DNA of 64,000 bases, taken from positions 288,001 to 352,000 of the forward strand of contig CBDCOZ010000003.1 in assembly GCA_965220085.1 (NCBI GenBank). Direction: 5' to 3'. This document shows positions 39,123 through 49,922 of the stretch, one piece after another (the stretch's first letter is position 1; each line of letters opens with the position of its first letter). Source of the stretch: Candidatus Oxydemutatoraceae bacterium (lineage in GTDB: Bacteria > Pseudomonadota > Gammaproteobacteria > Poriferisulfidales > Oxydemutatoraceae). The position numbers and the translations under genes were made by a program. Under the pieces are notes generated by a model that saw only the letters and a list, made by a program, of their open reading frames with translations, did no database searches and was not told the DNA's origin.

Positions 39123-41798
39123 TCATGGGCAGGTAATATCCATCCGCTTGTGATGTTCGGTAGCTTCAACTTGCGCGTCCGTTATCTTTTTGTAACGTTC
39201 GGTAGCCTCATCTTGCGCACCCGTCAGTTTTGTGCGGGACAACCGCTCGGCGAGCGTATCTCGGTACTCCTCTGCATATTTATTCCCGTTAGCTGTTGCA
39301 ATAGAAAGCCATATATACGCTTCTTTGTAGTCTTTCTTCGGAACGCCTCGCCCGTCCGCATACATCACAGCTAGACTGTGTTGCGCCACGGCATCATTCT
39401 GTTTGGCAGCTTTACGATACCAGTCCACAGCCGTTCTATCATTCTGCGGAACGCCTCGCCCATTTGCGTACATCCAACCGAGATTGTATTGTGCTTCGGC
39501 TAACCTCTGTTCCGCGGCATCCTCAAACCATTTCACAGCCGTTCTATCATTCTGTGGAACGCCTCGTCCGCTTTCGTACATCCGGCCGAGATTGTTTTGT
39601 GCTTCGGCTAATCCCTGCTCCGCGGCTTTCCGATACCATTCCACAGCCTCTTTGTCATCTTTCTTAACACCATATCCATCTTCATGTAGCTGACCGAGGC
39701 CAAATTGTGCTACGGCTAACCCTTGTTTAGCGGCTTTCCGATACCATTTCACAGCCTCTTTGTCATTCTTCTTTTTATCGTCTTCCTCAACACCCCGCCC
39801 ATTTGCGTACATCCAACCGAGCCTGTGTTGTGCTTCGTCTAACCCCTGTTCAGCGGCTTTTCGATACCATTTCACAGCCTCTTTGTCATCTTTCTCAACA
39901 CCTCGCCCATTTGCGTACATCTGACCGAGAAGGTGTTGTGCTTCGGCTAACTTCTGATCAGTAGCTTTCCGGTACCATTTCACAGCCTCTTTGTCATCTT
40001 TCTCAACGCCTTGCCCCGTTGCGTACATCCGACCAAGGTCTTTTTGTGCTTCGGCAACCTTCTGATCAGCTAACGGTTGATCAGCTAACGGTTTTAAAAT
40101 CGCAATAGCGTGCCAATACCATTCCACAGCCTTTTCACAATCTTCCTCAACGCCTTGCCCCTTTTCGTACATCTGACCGAGAAGGCGTTGTGCTTTGGGC
40201 AGCCCCTGTTTAGCGGCTTTCCGATACCATTTCACAGCCTCTTTGTCATTCTTCTCTTTATCATCTTCCTCAACGCCTCGCCCATCTGCGTACATCAAGC
40301 CGAGACTGTTTTGTGCTTCGGCTAATCCCTGCTTCGCGGCTTTTTGATACCACTTCACAGCCTCTTTGTCATCTTTCTCAACACCTTGCCCATTTTCGTA
40401 CATCAAACCGAGACTGTATTGTGCTTCGGCTAACCCCTGCTTCGCGGCTTTCTGATACCATTTCACAGCCTTTTTGTCATCTTTCTCAACGCCTCGCCCA
40501 TTTTCGTACATCAAACCGAGATTGTATTGTGCTCTAGCCGACCCCCGATTAGCAGCTCTCTGATACCATTCCACAGTCTTTTTGTCATCTTCCTCAACGC
40601 CTCGCCCATTTGCGTACATCAAACCGAGACTGCGTTGTGCTTCGGCTAGTCCCTGTTTAGCGGCTTTCCGATACCATTTCATAGCCTCTTTGTCATCTTT
40701 CTCAACGCCTCGCCCATTTTCGTACATCAAACCGAGACTGTATTGTGCTTCGGCTAACTCTTGCTTCGCGGCATCCTCAAACCACTTCACAGCCTTTTTG
40801 TCATCTTCCTCAACGCCTTGCCCATTTGCGTACATCCAACCGAGATGATATTGTGCTTCGGCCAACCCTCGTTTAGCGGCATCCTCAAACCACTTCACAG
40901 CCTTTTTGTCATTCTCCTTTTTATCGTCTTCCTCAACCCCTCGCTCATTTGCGTACATCCAACCGAGAAGGTATTGTGCTTCGGCTAACCCCTGTTTAGC
41001 AGCTTTTCGATACCACTTCACAGCCTTTTTGTCATCTTTCTCAACACCTCGCCCATCTTCGTACATCCAACCGAGAAGGTATTGTGCTTCGGCTAATCCC
41101 TGCTCCGCGGCCGCGGCTTTCCGATACCATTTCACAGCCTCTTTATAATCTTGTGTAACACCTTGCCCATTTGCGTACATCCAACCGAGACTGTTTTGTG
41201 CTTCGGCTAATCCCTGCTCCGCAGCTTTCCGATACCATTCCACAGCCTTTTTGTCATCTTTCTCAACGCCTCGCCCAGTTTCGTACATCAAACCGAGACT
41301 GTATTGTGCGAAGGCATCATATTGCCATGCCTTTTTCTCAACTTCGTTAAGGCTTGACAGGTGTGCGCAGTTACTTCCGCCGTTGCCATTTGATAGATTC
41401 TTTGCCCCCGCTGTGGTTGATGACTCATTTAGTATCTCCCTAGACATTTCTGGTTTTGCTACAAAAGTTACGCCTCCGATAGTTAGTTGTGTCAGCTGAT
41501 CTAAAAACTTGTCTATCTCATTGTCATATTTATTTACGAACCAAAAACCCATCCCTGCCACTACGAGTGGCCATAATATATTGGCTTTAATCCTTAGCTT
41601 TTTCTCAGCAAGCACCAGTAAACCGAGAAAAATCACTGCAAGACAGAGAAAAGTAATTATTGGAGGCACATCCAGCCATCCATCAGCTATAAACACCCCT
41701 GCAACAGCTATTGCCAAAGCGAGCATAATTATTGGAGCAGGCAGATTAGACAGCCTAACTATTGCGCTATAAGTTTTTCGCAGGATATTCAAATTCAT
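39123..41798 (-). CDS. Large Sel1-like repeat protein with N-terminal TM domain
   Basis: About 18 Sel1 repeats AQYxLGxMYxNGRGVEKDDKxAVKWYRKAA. Confidence 0.95.
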   Translation of the reverse strand: MNLNILRKTYSAIVRLSNLPAPIIMLALAIAVAGVFIADGWLDVPPIITFLCLAVIFLGLLVLAEKKLRIKANILWPLVVAGMGFWFVNKYDNEIDKFLDQLTQLTIGGVTFVAKPEMSREILNESSTTAGAKNLSNGNGGSNCAHLSSLNEVEKKAWQYDAFAQYSLGLMYETGRGVEKDDKKAVEWYRKAAEQGLAEAQNSLGWMYANGQGVTQDYKEAVKWYRKAAAAEQGLAEAQYLLGWMYEDGRGVEKDDKKAVKWYRKAAKQGLAEAQYLLGWMYANERGVEEDDKKENDKKAVKWFEDAAKRGLAEAQYHLGWMYANGQGVEEDDKKAVKWFEDAAKQELAEAQYSLGLMYENGRGVEKDDKEAMKWYRKAAKQGLAEAQRSLGLMYANGRGVEEDDKKTVEWYQRAANRGSARAQYNLGLMYENGRGVEKDDKKAVKWYQKAAKQGLAEAQYSLGLMYENGQGVEKDDKEAVKWYQKAAKQGLAEAQNSLGLMYADGRGVEEDDKEKNDKEAVKWYRKAAKQGLPKAQRLLGQMYEKGQGVEEDCEKAVEWYWHAIAILKPLADQPLADQKVAEAQKDLGRMYATGQGVEKDDKEAVKWYRKATDQKLAEAQHLLGQMYANGRGVEKDDKEAVKWYRKAAEQGLDEAQHRLGWMYANGRGVEEDDKKKNDKEAVKWYRKAAKQGLAVAQFGLGQLHEDGYGVKKDDKEAVEWYRKAAEQGLAEAQNNLGRMYESGRGVPQNDRTAVKWFEDAAEQRLAEAQYNLGWMYANGRGVPQNDRTAVDWYRKAAKQNDAVAQHSLAVMYADGRGVPKKDYKEAYIWLSIATANGNKYAEEYRDTLAERLSRTKLTGAQDEATERYKKITDAQVEATEHHKRMDITCP

Positions 41799-41799
41799 T

Positions 41800-42084
41800 T
41801 CAAGCTCCGGCTATGTTGCGATTGATGTTGGGGAGCCACGGAGGCAGCAAAGGAATCAACAACCTCCGTTTCGCTTCCCGGAAGTTCTCGTAATCGCCCG
41901 CATCGCATGCCACACCGGTGTCAGGGCCGTGTTCCGGTCCCTTGGCAAAACTCATGGCGCAGTTGGCAGACGCATAGCGTTGCCCATCGCCATTGCTTAG
42001 GTGTTTGCGGCGTTGCCTGTCATTGGCCAGCCGGCTTGCGACCTCACGAATTTCCTTTGCTGTCGCTCGACGGTAATTAGTCAT
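41800..42084 (-). CDS. Hypothetical protein
   Basis: ORF with GAGGA RBS, ending 1 bp before the Sel1 gene. Confidence 0.5.
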   Translation of the reverse strand: MTNYRRATAKEIREVASRLANDRQRRKHLSNGDGQRYASANCAMSFAKGPEHGPDTGVACDAGDYENFREAKRRLLIPLLPPWLPNINRNIAGA

Positions 42085-42145
42085 ATTTGTATCCTCTGTT
42101 ACATCCCGTACGTTAGTACCATACAAGGAATTGATAATAGGAGCG

Positions 42146-42295
42146 CATAATGCCGGAAAAATTCCGGATTCCCGGCATCAATGCGACAGGCGGTATCGAT
42201 ACATCGGTTATACGGTAGCAGAGGCTTCTATAAAATAGCCGCTTCCGCCGCAAAGGAGGCATCTGCGAGTCCTGCGACCAAAGCCTATCGGTTAA
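42146..42295 (+). mobile_element. IS481-family 5' relic (second subtype)
   Basis: ATAATGCCGGAAAAATTCCGGATT...; matches 52988-53130 and partly 48558-48645. Confidence 0.6.
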
Positions 42296-42327
42296 AAGAG
42301 CATAAGACTTGAGTCTTTAGAGCCGTA

Positions 42328-43350
42328 TCAGTTTGAGTCAGAGCAGTATCGATTTAAATTGTCAATGAACTCTTGTGAAATGCCTCCGCCCATATTAAAA
42401 CTGTCATGAGGCGGGTCATAGGGTTGTCCTTCCTTCTTTCCGCTAGAAGCGTGAAACGCCACAATTTCATTTTTCGAGTTTATAAGGGGGCCGCCTGAAA
42501 AACCTTTTCGACCGGGGCAATTATGAAGAATAGTAAGAGGGTTTTTTTCTAAGGCATTTATAATCTTGCATCCCTGAACGAAACGAACCCTTTTGTTCTT
42601 AATGTGATACCCTGCGAACATTATGTCTGTGTCAAAGTTATGGTCTTTCTCAAAAGAAGCAAGCCTCGCTGCTCTTTTAGGAGCGGGCTTTTTTTTGCTC
42701 TTAATAGGAAGAACAATATAGTCATCGGCTCTGTCCGCGCCAGTTAATATCTTTTTTTTGCCAAGCAGCCCTTGTTTTTCCATTTTAGAAATAGCGCCAA
42801 GATCCAACTCATAACATTTTCCTTTGAGACAAAATTTTGAATTCTTTGCATAAGGCTCGCCTTTTTTACGGTTAAAAAGGGTATGAGCATTTGTAAAAAT
42901 AAGATTATTCGCAGCGCATCTTTCTGTCCTTACAATAAAACCTGTGGAACTATAACTTTTTCCGTCTTTTCTTTGGGTTTTCACTCGGCCGACAAATCCT
43001 TCTAAAAAAGAAGCATCTTCTGGGCTGGCTTTGTAGTGCTCTAAGGCCTCATCAAAACTGCAACCTTCCGGAGGCTCTCCCTCTCCTCCGCAAAAGTGAG
43101 CGCCTTTTGACGTGCCGGACAGTGTTTCTGGAAGATTGATTCCTCCGTGTTCCATAACAAAGTTTGCGGCTTCTTTTGCAAAGCGCTTTGCAGAATACAT
43201 AAGATGAGTGAGGCCGAAAGGTTGAAGCGGCAAGACTTTTGCAAAGTGCTTTGCAGAATACATAAAGTGGGGGGCACAGCTTTCTGCCTTTGCGGTTTGT
43301 GCAACAAGCGCAATGAAAAGAACTGCTATAAGTGCAGAAACTTTTTTCAT
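42328..43350 (-). CDS. Secreted trypsin-like serine protease, copy 1
   Basis: Signal peptide; TNAH, DDY, GFSGGP catalytic-triad motifs. Confidence 0.88.
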   Translation of the reverse strand: MKKVSALIAVLFIALVAQTAKAESCAPHFMYSAKHFAKVLPLQPFGLTHLMYSAKRFAKEAANFVMEHGGINLPETLSGTSKGAHFCGGEGEPPEGCSFDEALEHYKASPEDASFLEGFVGRVKTQRKDGKSYSSTGFIVRTERCAANNLIFTNAHTLFNRKKGEPYAKNSKFCLKGKCYELDLGAISKMEKQGLLGKKKILTGADRADDYIVLPIKSKKKPAPKRAARLASFEKDHNFDTDIMFAGYHIKNKRVRFVQGCKIINALEKNPLTILHNCPGRKGFSGGPLINSKNEIVAFHASSGKKEGQPYDPPHDSFNMGGGISQEFIDNLNRYCSDSN

Positions 43351-43544
43351 TGCCTTAGTCTGGCAAAGCAATCCTTATGAGCACAAAGCGGCTGAGCACA
43401 AAGCGGCGCTGCTATGTCTATGCTTAGAGATGACCCGACAACATCACGAAACACGAACGGCCCAAACGCTGATGGCATTGTGAAGTTAATTGAATTTCTC
43501 GGATTCGCGTTGAGGAGAAACCCGATCCCATGGCATTCAAAGAG

Positions 43545-44140
43545 CGGAGCCTTCTCGGCCGCCACGACAAATTCTGACGGCGGATTGTCAGCTTGGGTTG
43601 GGACAGAAGCTCCTCCGGCAACGCTACTTTGGCAGCAAAGCAGTCAACCGCATCGCCCGCCTTCAACAGCGCCCGTATGACATTGCGAACATAGCATTCG
43701 CCGCCGCCGCCGGTGATTAACTTGTCTGTCAAAATAGCAATGCTCATCGGTTGACCTCTTGAGGGCTATTCTAGCAACAGCATGAATTATTCCGCATAGC
43801 GAACACAGAAACAACTCTCTCCGGCGCGACAACTTGTAAGCCGGGTGGATTGCCGGCATCTTCATAATCGCCTCGCCCCGCATGCCCGGCAGAGGGATAC
43901 CGTATAGCTAGCTTCTGCGACATCCAAAGCAACGTTTCAAATGATATTGCTTATCCTCAAAGCGGCGGAATTCGTGCGCTTCAATCCATTCAATCAGCGC
44001 GCGCGGTTCTGTGTATGCGGTGTCACGCAATAGCGACCGAAGCGGTGTCGCCCGCGAATGATGTTATGCTTGCCGAGAATCGCTTTCGTTGCTTGATGCA
44101 AGTTTGTCAGATATTAAAGGAAACCCTTATGTAAAGTCAT
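43545..44140 (-). pseudogene. Decayed copy of the kinase-2 5' region plus the 5' end of the 31468 GT4
   Basis: MSIAILTDKLITGGGGE...; homologous to 32330-32770 and inverted 14330-14600. Confidence 0.85.
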
Positions 44141-44290
44141 TTGATTTGAACATTGACTCGCTTCATCCCGAACTGCTGTATGTAATTTCTCTATTCCTCA
44201 GGATCCTGTCGCTTACGTTCTGCGGTAAGAGCGGCGGGGAACTGTTGTACGTAATTTCTCTATTCCTCGGATGAAAAATGCTTGATGGTT

Positions 44291-44710
44291 CATCACAGGC
44301 GCTTGTGCAAAAGCCGCTGTTTTGTATCTGATTGCCTATTCTGGTTACCGCGTGACTCTACTTAGCGGAGTACATCGGCGCAGAAGCTTGATTCTGTAGC
44401 GAGGCCATCGCCATCGGCTGGAGTGCGCCGATTAATATGAGCACATCGGCGCAGAATCTTGATTTTATAGCGAGATTGGATTGCTTGAACGGATGACGGT
44501 CGCCCTCGCAGTTGCAATCGGAGTTGCGGCATCAGTTTGACGCCCGCCCGCATTGCCGGGCACTATGCGCTGACATGGTTTGCCTTCTGTTGCTAGTGCG
44601 GCGGTGTTGGCCAGTGAGGAGCTAACTAGGGTCAGCATATTTTCGGTTGGAGCGCTCCCGAAGGGTGGGCTACGATCAACAGCCAGCAGGAGACTAATCT
44701 GCATAATCTG
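44291..44710 (+). pseudogene. Decayed 5' half of the 53368 membrane-protein gene
   Basis: Matches 53390-53745 with stops, indels and an insertion. Confidence 0.85.
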
Positions 44711-44856
44711 AGAGGTCTGTGTTTGATAGCAACTCAACACTCAATGACCCTTTGGCACGAGTGCATGGATATGTTTAGTAGCTAAGGTTGTGTGTAATTA
44801 TGACAGGGCTTGTAAATCAGGCATTTATGGGTTGCTTGAGCAAAATGATTAGCACT

Positions 44857-45762
44857 TCACATAGTTTCTTGCTTACTGTCTACTTGTGAATTGCTATCGC
44901 TTGATTCCTGGGTAAGTATCCCTTTGCACACTGTTTCCCAAAGATTTATAAGATTGTTTGCCCCGTCTTGAAACTGCTCTTGTTCCTCCAAGAGTGCCTC
45001 TCTTGTAAGAGCCGTCTCTCCTTCGGTACGCTTTTCTGTGAGCTTCATTCGCTTATCAAAACGATTAATCGCTTTCTCGCGTAGTGCAATTCCCCTTTCA
45101 AGAATACTGATACATTTACGCTTTAAACGTGAGTCATACGTTTTCTGGACTATTCCTTGTATAGCGTCACCTATCGCTTTCATATTACTTGTAGAGACAG
45201 ATGTGACTTCTTGTCCATCTGAGATGCTCCTACGGATGGTAGTAGATGTGCTAGAGTTAGGAGAGGCGACCAGACTCATGGCAGGTGCAACAACGGCTCC
45301 TGTTAGTTGTTCAATGGCAAGCGCACCAACCAGAATATCTTGAAACTGTTCATGCATCTCAACAAACTTTTTCTCAGTTATAGCCTTGTTGAAATAAGCC
45401 TCGCAAGCTCTGTATAGTGCATCCCGCATCAATTGGATAGACTGGGTTCTCAAACCAATATATCCGGAAGATTTTGCAAAAGCGGCACTTAATAATTCCT
45501 TCTTGTCTTCAGCACTAAAATCCCTACCGAGTGTTGATGAAAAAGCCATAATCGCATCAGGACTTGGTTCCGCACACAGCCGTGAGCCACCATATTCATC
45601 CTTTCCCGCATAGACAAGTCTTTGTTCTGCATCAAGGTGGATTGCTTTATCGCCACTCAGCGAACTGATTCGGTCTATAGAATGAAAGTTGGCACATCCA
45701 GACAGCAAGGATATAACCAGCATAATAAGTGTTAATGTTAAAACTCTATCCCACAATTTCAT
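44857..45762 (-). CDS. Putative lipoprotein (CAEPSPDA / RTQSIQLMRDALYRACEAY family)
   Basis: Lipobox LSGC; conserved-looking motifs. Confidence 0.82.
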   Translation of the reverse strand: MKLWDRVLTLTLIMLVISLLSGCANFHSIDRISSLSGDKAIHLDAEQRLVYAGKDEYGGSRLCAEPSPDAIMAFSSTLGRDFSAEDKKELLSAAFAKSSGYIGLRTQSIQLMRDALYRACEAYFNKAITEKKFVEMHEQFQDILVGALAIEQLTGAVVAPAMSLVASPNSSTSTTIRRSISDGQEVTSVSTSNMKAIGDAIQGIVQKTYDSRLKRKCISILERGIALREKAINRFDKRMKLTEKRTEGETALTREALLEEQEQFQDGANNLINLWETVCKGILTQESSDSNSQVDSKQETM

Positions 45763-45798
45763 GTTCAGTTTCCTCTCTCTGTATATCAAAGCTGTTTG

Positions 45799-46065
45799 TC
45801 AGTCTAGCGCAAAGTAGTACCGGTACCGGTTAGTACGTGCTCTTTTTTCTGCTACTACGCAGTCACGGTAATCCCTCAGATCCGCACGATAATTCCTTTG
45901 CAACTGGTGCCATTTTGCACCACATTCCTTCCGAGAACCTCCATTCTCAATGCAAATATCAACATACCTACTATAGGGCCTATCTGGTTTCAGGCAATCA
46001 CTCCAAGCATAACTAACTGTGGGAGCAAGCGCGACTATTAAGATGGTTAAAAAATATTTTTTCAT
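45799..46065 (-). CDS. Small secreted Cys-containing protein
   Basis: Signal peptide MKKYFLTILIVALAPTVSYA; 4 Cys. Confidence 0.7.
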   Translation of the reverse strand: MKKYFLTILIVALAPTVSYAWSDCLKPDRPYSRYVDICIENGGSRKECGAKWHQLQRNYRADLRDYRDCVVAEKRARTNRYRYYFALD

Positions 46066-46172
46066 TGCATTTTCCCTCATGTTTGTTTATTGAATAAAGC
46101 CATGATACTAATTAATAAAGTGTCACGGTTGTAGGTAGTATATAGCATGACTGAATTATGATGTCAAGACAT

Positions 46173-46470
46173 TGTTTGATGCCATGACATATTGGACACC
46201 TGAGCAAATATTGTGTGTCATTAAGTGCTTGAATCTTCAATTCATAGCGTGGTCTTTGTGAATAATGCTGGAAACATTCCAGATTATCGGTTTCAGCAAA
46301 AGCCGACATGCAATATCAACACATCGGCTACGACATCAAAGGAACGTCAGCGCAAGCTCCGTCTTAGCAAAAGTTTCAAGACAACGCATTCCGTGCATTG
46401 TTATGGATACCGTGCAACGGTTTCTTCAAAGCCGGTGCTACTATCTGTTCACCGCCGTAGATTTGCATAG
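46173..46470. mobile_element. IS481-family relic (inverted 3' end plus 5' piece with the shared deletion)
   Basis: TGTTTGATGCCATGACATATTGG; MQYQHIGYDIKG joined to ERQRKLRL. Confidence 0.75.
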
Positions 46471-46514
46471 GGGCTTATACAATACCAGCCACCCATCTAT
46501 GAGGACATAAGCCC

Positions 46515-47063
46515 CTACTCTGCGTGAAGGATAATGCGTTTGGCTTTCCTCGTCCCTGACTCCGAATCACATTTTTCTAACATCAATTTACTGCCAGTCC
46601 ACCTGGATTTTAAGATAGTATCCACATATGTCTCGATGCCCGTTGAGATATCATCTGTGTCCCACTTCGTGGAGGACTCATCCCTGTCCACACACTCCAC
46701 CCAATGCAAAGGGCCGGGATACTCCGCCTCGCCGGCCCATGTCTCATCGTTGGCAGAAAGCGAAGCGGAATCTATATCCGGGCACTTGTTAAAGCCAGGG
46801 TTTATGTCACCATATTCATCCTCATAGTCAGCGACTTCTTCAAAGCAGTAGTGTGCCTTGATACCTTGATCGCATCTGTTCCTAAGCACATAGTCATTGT
46901 CCCTATAGTCATCGTCATAGCGAATCCAAGCAGTTTTAGCATCCTTGACCCGAATCAATTCAAGGCAGTCTTTTGCCCACGCTGGCGACGCTCCCAACAC
47001 GGATGTGGTTAGAAGCATGGTCAAAAGTATTTTTCTCAGATTAGGATCGCGTGCATGCGCCAT
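46515..47063 (-). CDS. Hypothetical secreted acidic protein
   Basis: GGAGG RBS; signal peptide ending SPAWA. Confidence 0.75.
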   Translation of the reverse strand: MAHARDPNLRKILLTMLLTTSVLGASPAWAKDCLELIRVKDAKTAWIRYDDDYRDNDYVLRNRCDQGIKAHYCFEEVADYEDEYGDINPGFNKCPDIDSASLSANDETWAGEAEYPGPLHWVECVDRDESSTKWDTDDISTGIETYVDTILKSRWTGSKLMLEKCDSESGTRKAKRIILHAE

Positions 47064-47222
47064 CGTTAAACCTCCTGTGTTACTAAGGGATGGGAATCTG
47101 TGCGGTTGCACAGGGTGCGGCGGTCAGCGATGCGGGATGCGCACTGACCGATAATCTTGCTGCAAAGGCCATTGGCGCCGAACGAAATGATGCGGTGCGC
47201 GGGGGACTATTATTCAATGTGG

Positions 47223-47420
47223 CGTTTGATGCCATGACATACTGGGCATGGGGGCAAATGTTGTGCTGTGTCATGGTTGCTTGAAGCTTCAGTTCGTAGT
47301 GTGGTCCCTTAGCGATGCTTTGGTGTTAAGCCATAGCAGATAGTCTATCCGACAATCATTAAATGTCCGCATGTCGGCTTTTGTTGATGCCAGGAATCCG
47401 GAGTGTTTCTGGCATTATTC
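47223..47420 (-). mobile_element. ~200-bp IS481-derived miniature element
   Basis: 5' segment joined directly to 3' segment and terminal repeat. Confidence 0.72.
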
Positions 47421-47529
47421 GCTCATCGCATTAGATTTTCTGCAAACTAAGATGAACGCTAAAAAAGAAGCTTTTCATACAAGGCTCTATCGGTTAAAAG
47501 GGCATAAGACTTCAGTCTTTAGAGTCGTA

Positions 47530-48492
47530 TCAATTTGAGTCAGAGCAATATCGATTCAAATTATCAATGAGCTTTTGTGAAATAGCGCCGCCCATATTAA
47601 AGCTGTCATTATGCGGGTCATAGGGCTGTCCGTTCTTCCCCTTTCCGGAAGCATGAAACGCCACCACTTCATTGTCAGAGTTTATAAGAGGAGCGCCTGA
47701 AGAACCCCCTTGACCCGGGCAATTATGAAAAAGAGTAAGAGGATTTTCAGCCATGATATGTTTAATCTTGCACTGCCGAAGAGAATAGATTTTTTTATTA
47801 TCAATATGATACCCTGCAGACCGTATGCCCACATTCCAATGATTGGATTTTTCAAAAGGAATAAGCTTTGCCACCCTCTGAGGAGCGGGCCTTTTTTTGC
47901 CTTTGATAGGAAGGACAATATAGTCAAGGGCTCTTTCCTTATTGCGTGTTATCTGCTTTCTGCCAAGCAACCCCTGTTTTTCCATTTTAGAAATGGCATC
48001 AAGATCCAACTCATAACATGTTCCTTTGAGACAGAACTTTGAATTTTTTGCGACAATCTCCCCTGTTTTGCGGTTAAAGAAAGCATGAGAGTTCGTAAAA
48101 ATAAGATTGTTTCCGGCGCAAGTTTCCGTTCTTACAATAAAACCTGTGGCGGCATAACTTACTCCGTCTTTTTTTTGAGTTTCCAATTGACCGACAAACT
48201 CTTCTAAAAAAGTAGCATCCTCTGGGCTGGCTTTGTAGTACTCTAAGGCCTCATCAAAACTGCAACCCGCCGGAGGCTCTCCTTCTCCTCCGCAAAAGTA
48301 AGCGCCTTTTGACGTGCCGGACAGCGCTTCTAAAAGACTTATTCCCCCATGTTTCATAACAAAGTTTGCGGCCTCTTTTGCAAAGCGCTTTGCAGAATAC
48401 ACAAAGTGGGGGGCACAGTTTTCCGCCTTTGCGCTCTGTGCAACAAGCGCAATAAAAAGAGCCGCTATGAGTGGTGCAGAAATTTTTTTCAT
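47530..48492 (-). CDS. Secreted trypsin-like serine protease, copy 2
   Basis: TNSH, LDY, GGSSGAP. Confidence 0.88.
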   Translation of the reverse strand: MKKISAPLIAALFIALVAQSAKAENCAPHFVYSAKRFAKEAANFVMKHGGISLLEALSGTSKGAYFCGGEGEPPAGCSFDEALEYYKASPEDATFLEEFVGQLETQKKDGVSYAATGFIVRTETCAGNNLIFTNSHAFFNRKTGEIVAKNSKFCLKGTCYELDLDAISKMEKQGLLGRKQITRNKERALDYIVLPIKGKKRPAPQRVAKLIPFEKSNHWNVGIRSAGYHIDNKKIYSLRQCKIKHIMAENPLTLFHNCPGQGGSSGAPLINSDNEVVAFHASGKGKNGQPYDPHNDSFNMGGAISQKLIDNLNRYCSDSN

Positions 48493-48676
48493 CGCCTTAG
48501 TTTAGCAAAGCAATCTTTATTGGGCACAAGCGGCGTTGCCATGTCTATGTTCAGAGATGCCGACAATGGAGGTTTCTATGGAATAGTTGCTTCCGCATTA
48601 CAGGAGGCATCCATGAGTCCTACGACCAAAGCTCTATCGGTTAAAAGGGCACAAGACTCCAGTCTTTAGAGCCGTA

Positions 48677-49636
48677 TCAATTTGAGTCGGAGCAATATCG
48701 GTTTAAATTATCAATGAGCTTTTGTGAAATAGCGCCGCCCATATTAAAGCTGTCATTATGCGGGTCATAGGCTTGTCCGTTCTTCCCCTTTCCGGAAGCA
48801 TGAAACGCCACAACTTCATTGTCAGAGTTTATAAGAGGAGCGCCTGAAGAACCCCCTTGACCCGGGCAATTATGAAAAAGAGCAAGAGGATTTTCAGCCA
48901 TGATATGTTTAATCTTGCACTGCCGAAGGGAATAGATTTTTTTATTGTCAACATGATACCCTGCAAACCGTATGCCCACATTCCAATGATTAGATTTTTC
49001 AAAAGGAATAAGCGTTGCCACCCTTTGAGGGGCAGGCCTTTTTTTGCCTTTAATAGGAAGAACAATATAGTCAAAGGCTCTTTCTTTGTTACGGGTTATC
49101 TGTTTTCTGCCAAGTAGCCCCTGTTTTTCCATTTTAGAAATGGCATCAAGATCCAACTCATAACATGTTCCTTTGAGACAGAACTTTGAATTTTTTGCGA
49201 CAAGCTCCCCTGTTTTGCGGTTAAAGAAAGCATGAGAGTTCGTAAAAATAAGATTGTTTCCGGCGCAAGTTTCCGTTCTTACAATAAAACCTGTGGCGGC
49301 ATAACTTACTCCGTCTTTTTTTTGAGTTTCCAATTGACCGACAAACTCTTCTAAAAAAGCAGCATCCTCTGTGCTGGCTTTGTAATACTCTAACGCCTCA
49401 TCAAGACTGCAACCCTTCGGAGGCTCTCCCTCTCCTCCGCAAAAGTAAGCGCCTTTTGACGTGCCGGACAGCGCTTCCAGAAGACTGATTCCTCCGTGTT
49501 CCATAACAAAGTTTGCGGCTTCTTTTGCAAAGCGCTTTGCAGAATACACAAAGTGGGGGGCATAGTTTTCTGCCTTTGCGCTCTGTGCAACAAGTGCAAC
49601 AGAAAGAACTGCTATAAGTGCAAAAACCTTTTTCAT
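48677..49636 (-). CDS. Secreted trypsin-like serine protease, copy 3 (tandem paralog)
   Basis: TNSH, FDY, GGSSGAP. Confidence 0.88.
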   Translation of the reverse strand: MKKVFALIAVLSVALVAQSAKAENYAPHFVYSAKRFAKEAANFVMEHGGISLLEALSGTSKGAYFCGGEGEPPKGCSLDEALEYYKASTEDAAFLEEFVGQLETQKKDGVSYAATGFIVRTETCAGNNLIFTNSHAFFNRKTGELVAKNSKFCLKGTCYELDLDAISKMEKQGLLGRKQITRNKERAFDYIVLPIKGKKRPAPQRVATLIPFEKSNHWNVGIRFAGYHVDNKKIYSLRQCKIKHIMAENPLALFHNCPGQGGSSGAPLINSDNEVVAFHASGKGKNGQAYDPHNDSFNMGGAISQKLIDNLNRYCSDSN

Positions 49637-49922
49637 TGTCTTAGTCTAGCAAAGAAATCCTTATGAGCACAAAGCGGTGCTGCTTTGTCTGTGCTCGGAG
49701 ATGACCCGACAATATCACGAAACACGAACTCATCCCAGACGCTGATGGCATCGGGAAGTTAATTGAATTTCTCGGATTCTAGTTGAGGAGAAACCCGATT
49801 TCATGGCATTCAAATTGGGGTAAAATGCTCGGCGGGATAGATGGTGCCGAAGTTGTTTGAATGACTAACGTTAGCAGGAACCATTAAGTGCCAAACTTCC
49901 CTTGAGGTATGCGACCTTAGGT

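Noticed and set aside
44170-44268. Mini-CRISPR array
   Set aside because: Only two imperfect repeats, no recognisable CRISPR terminus, leader or cas gene.
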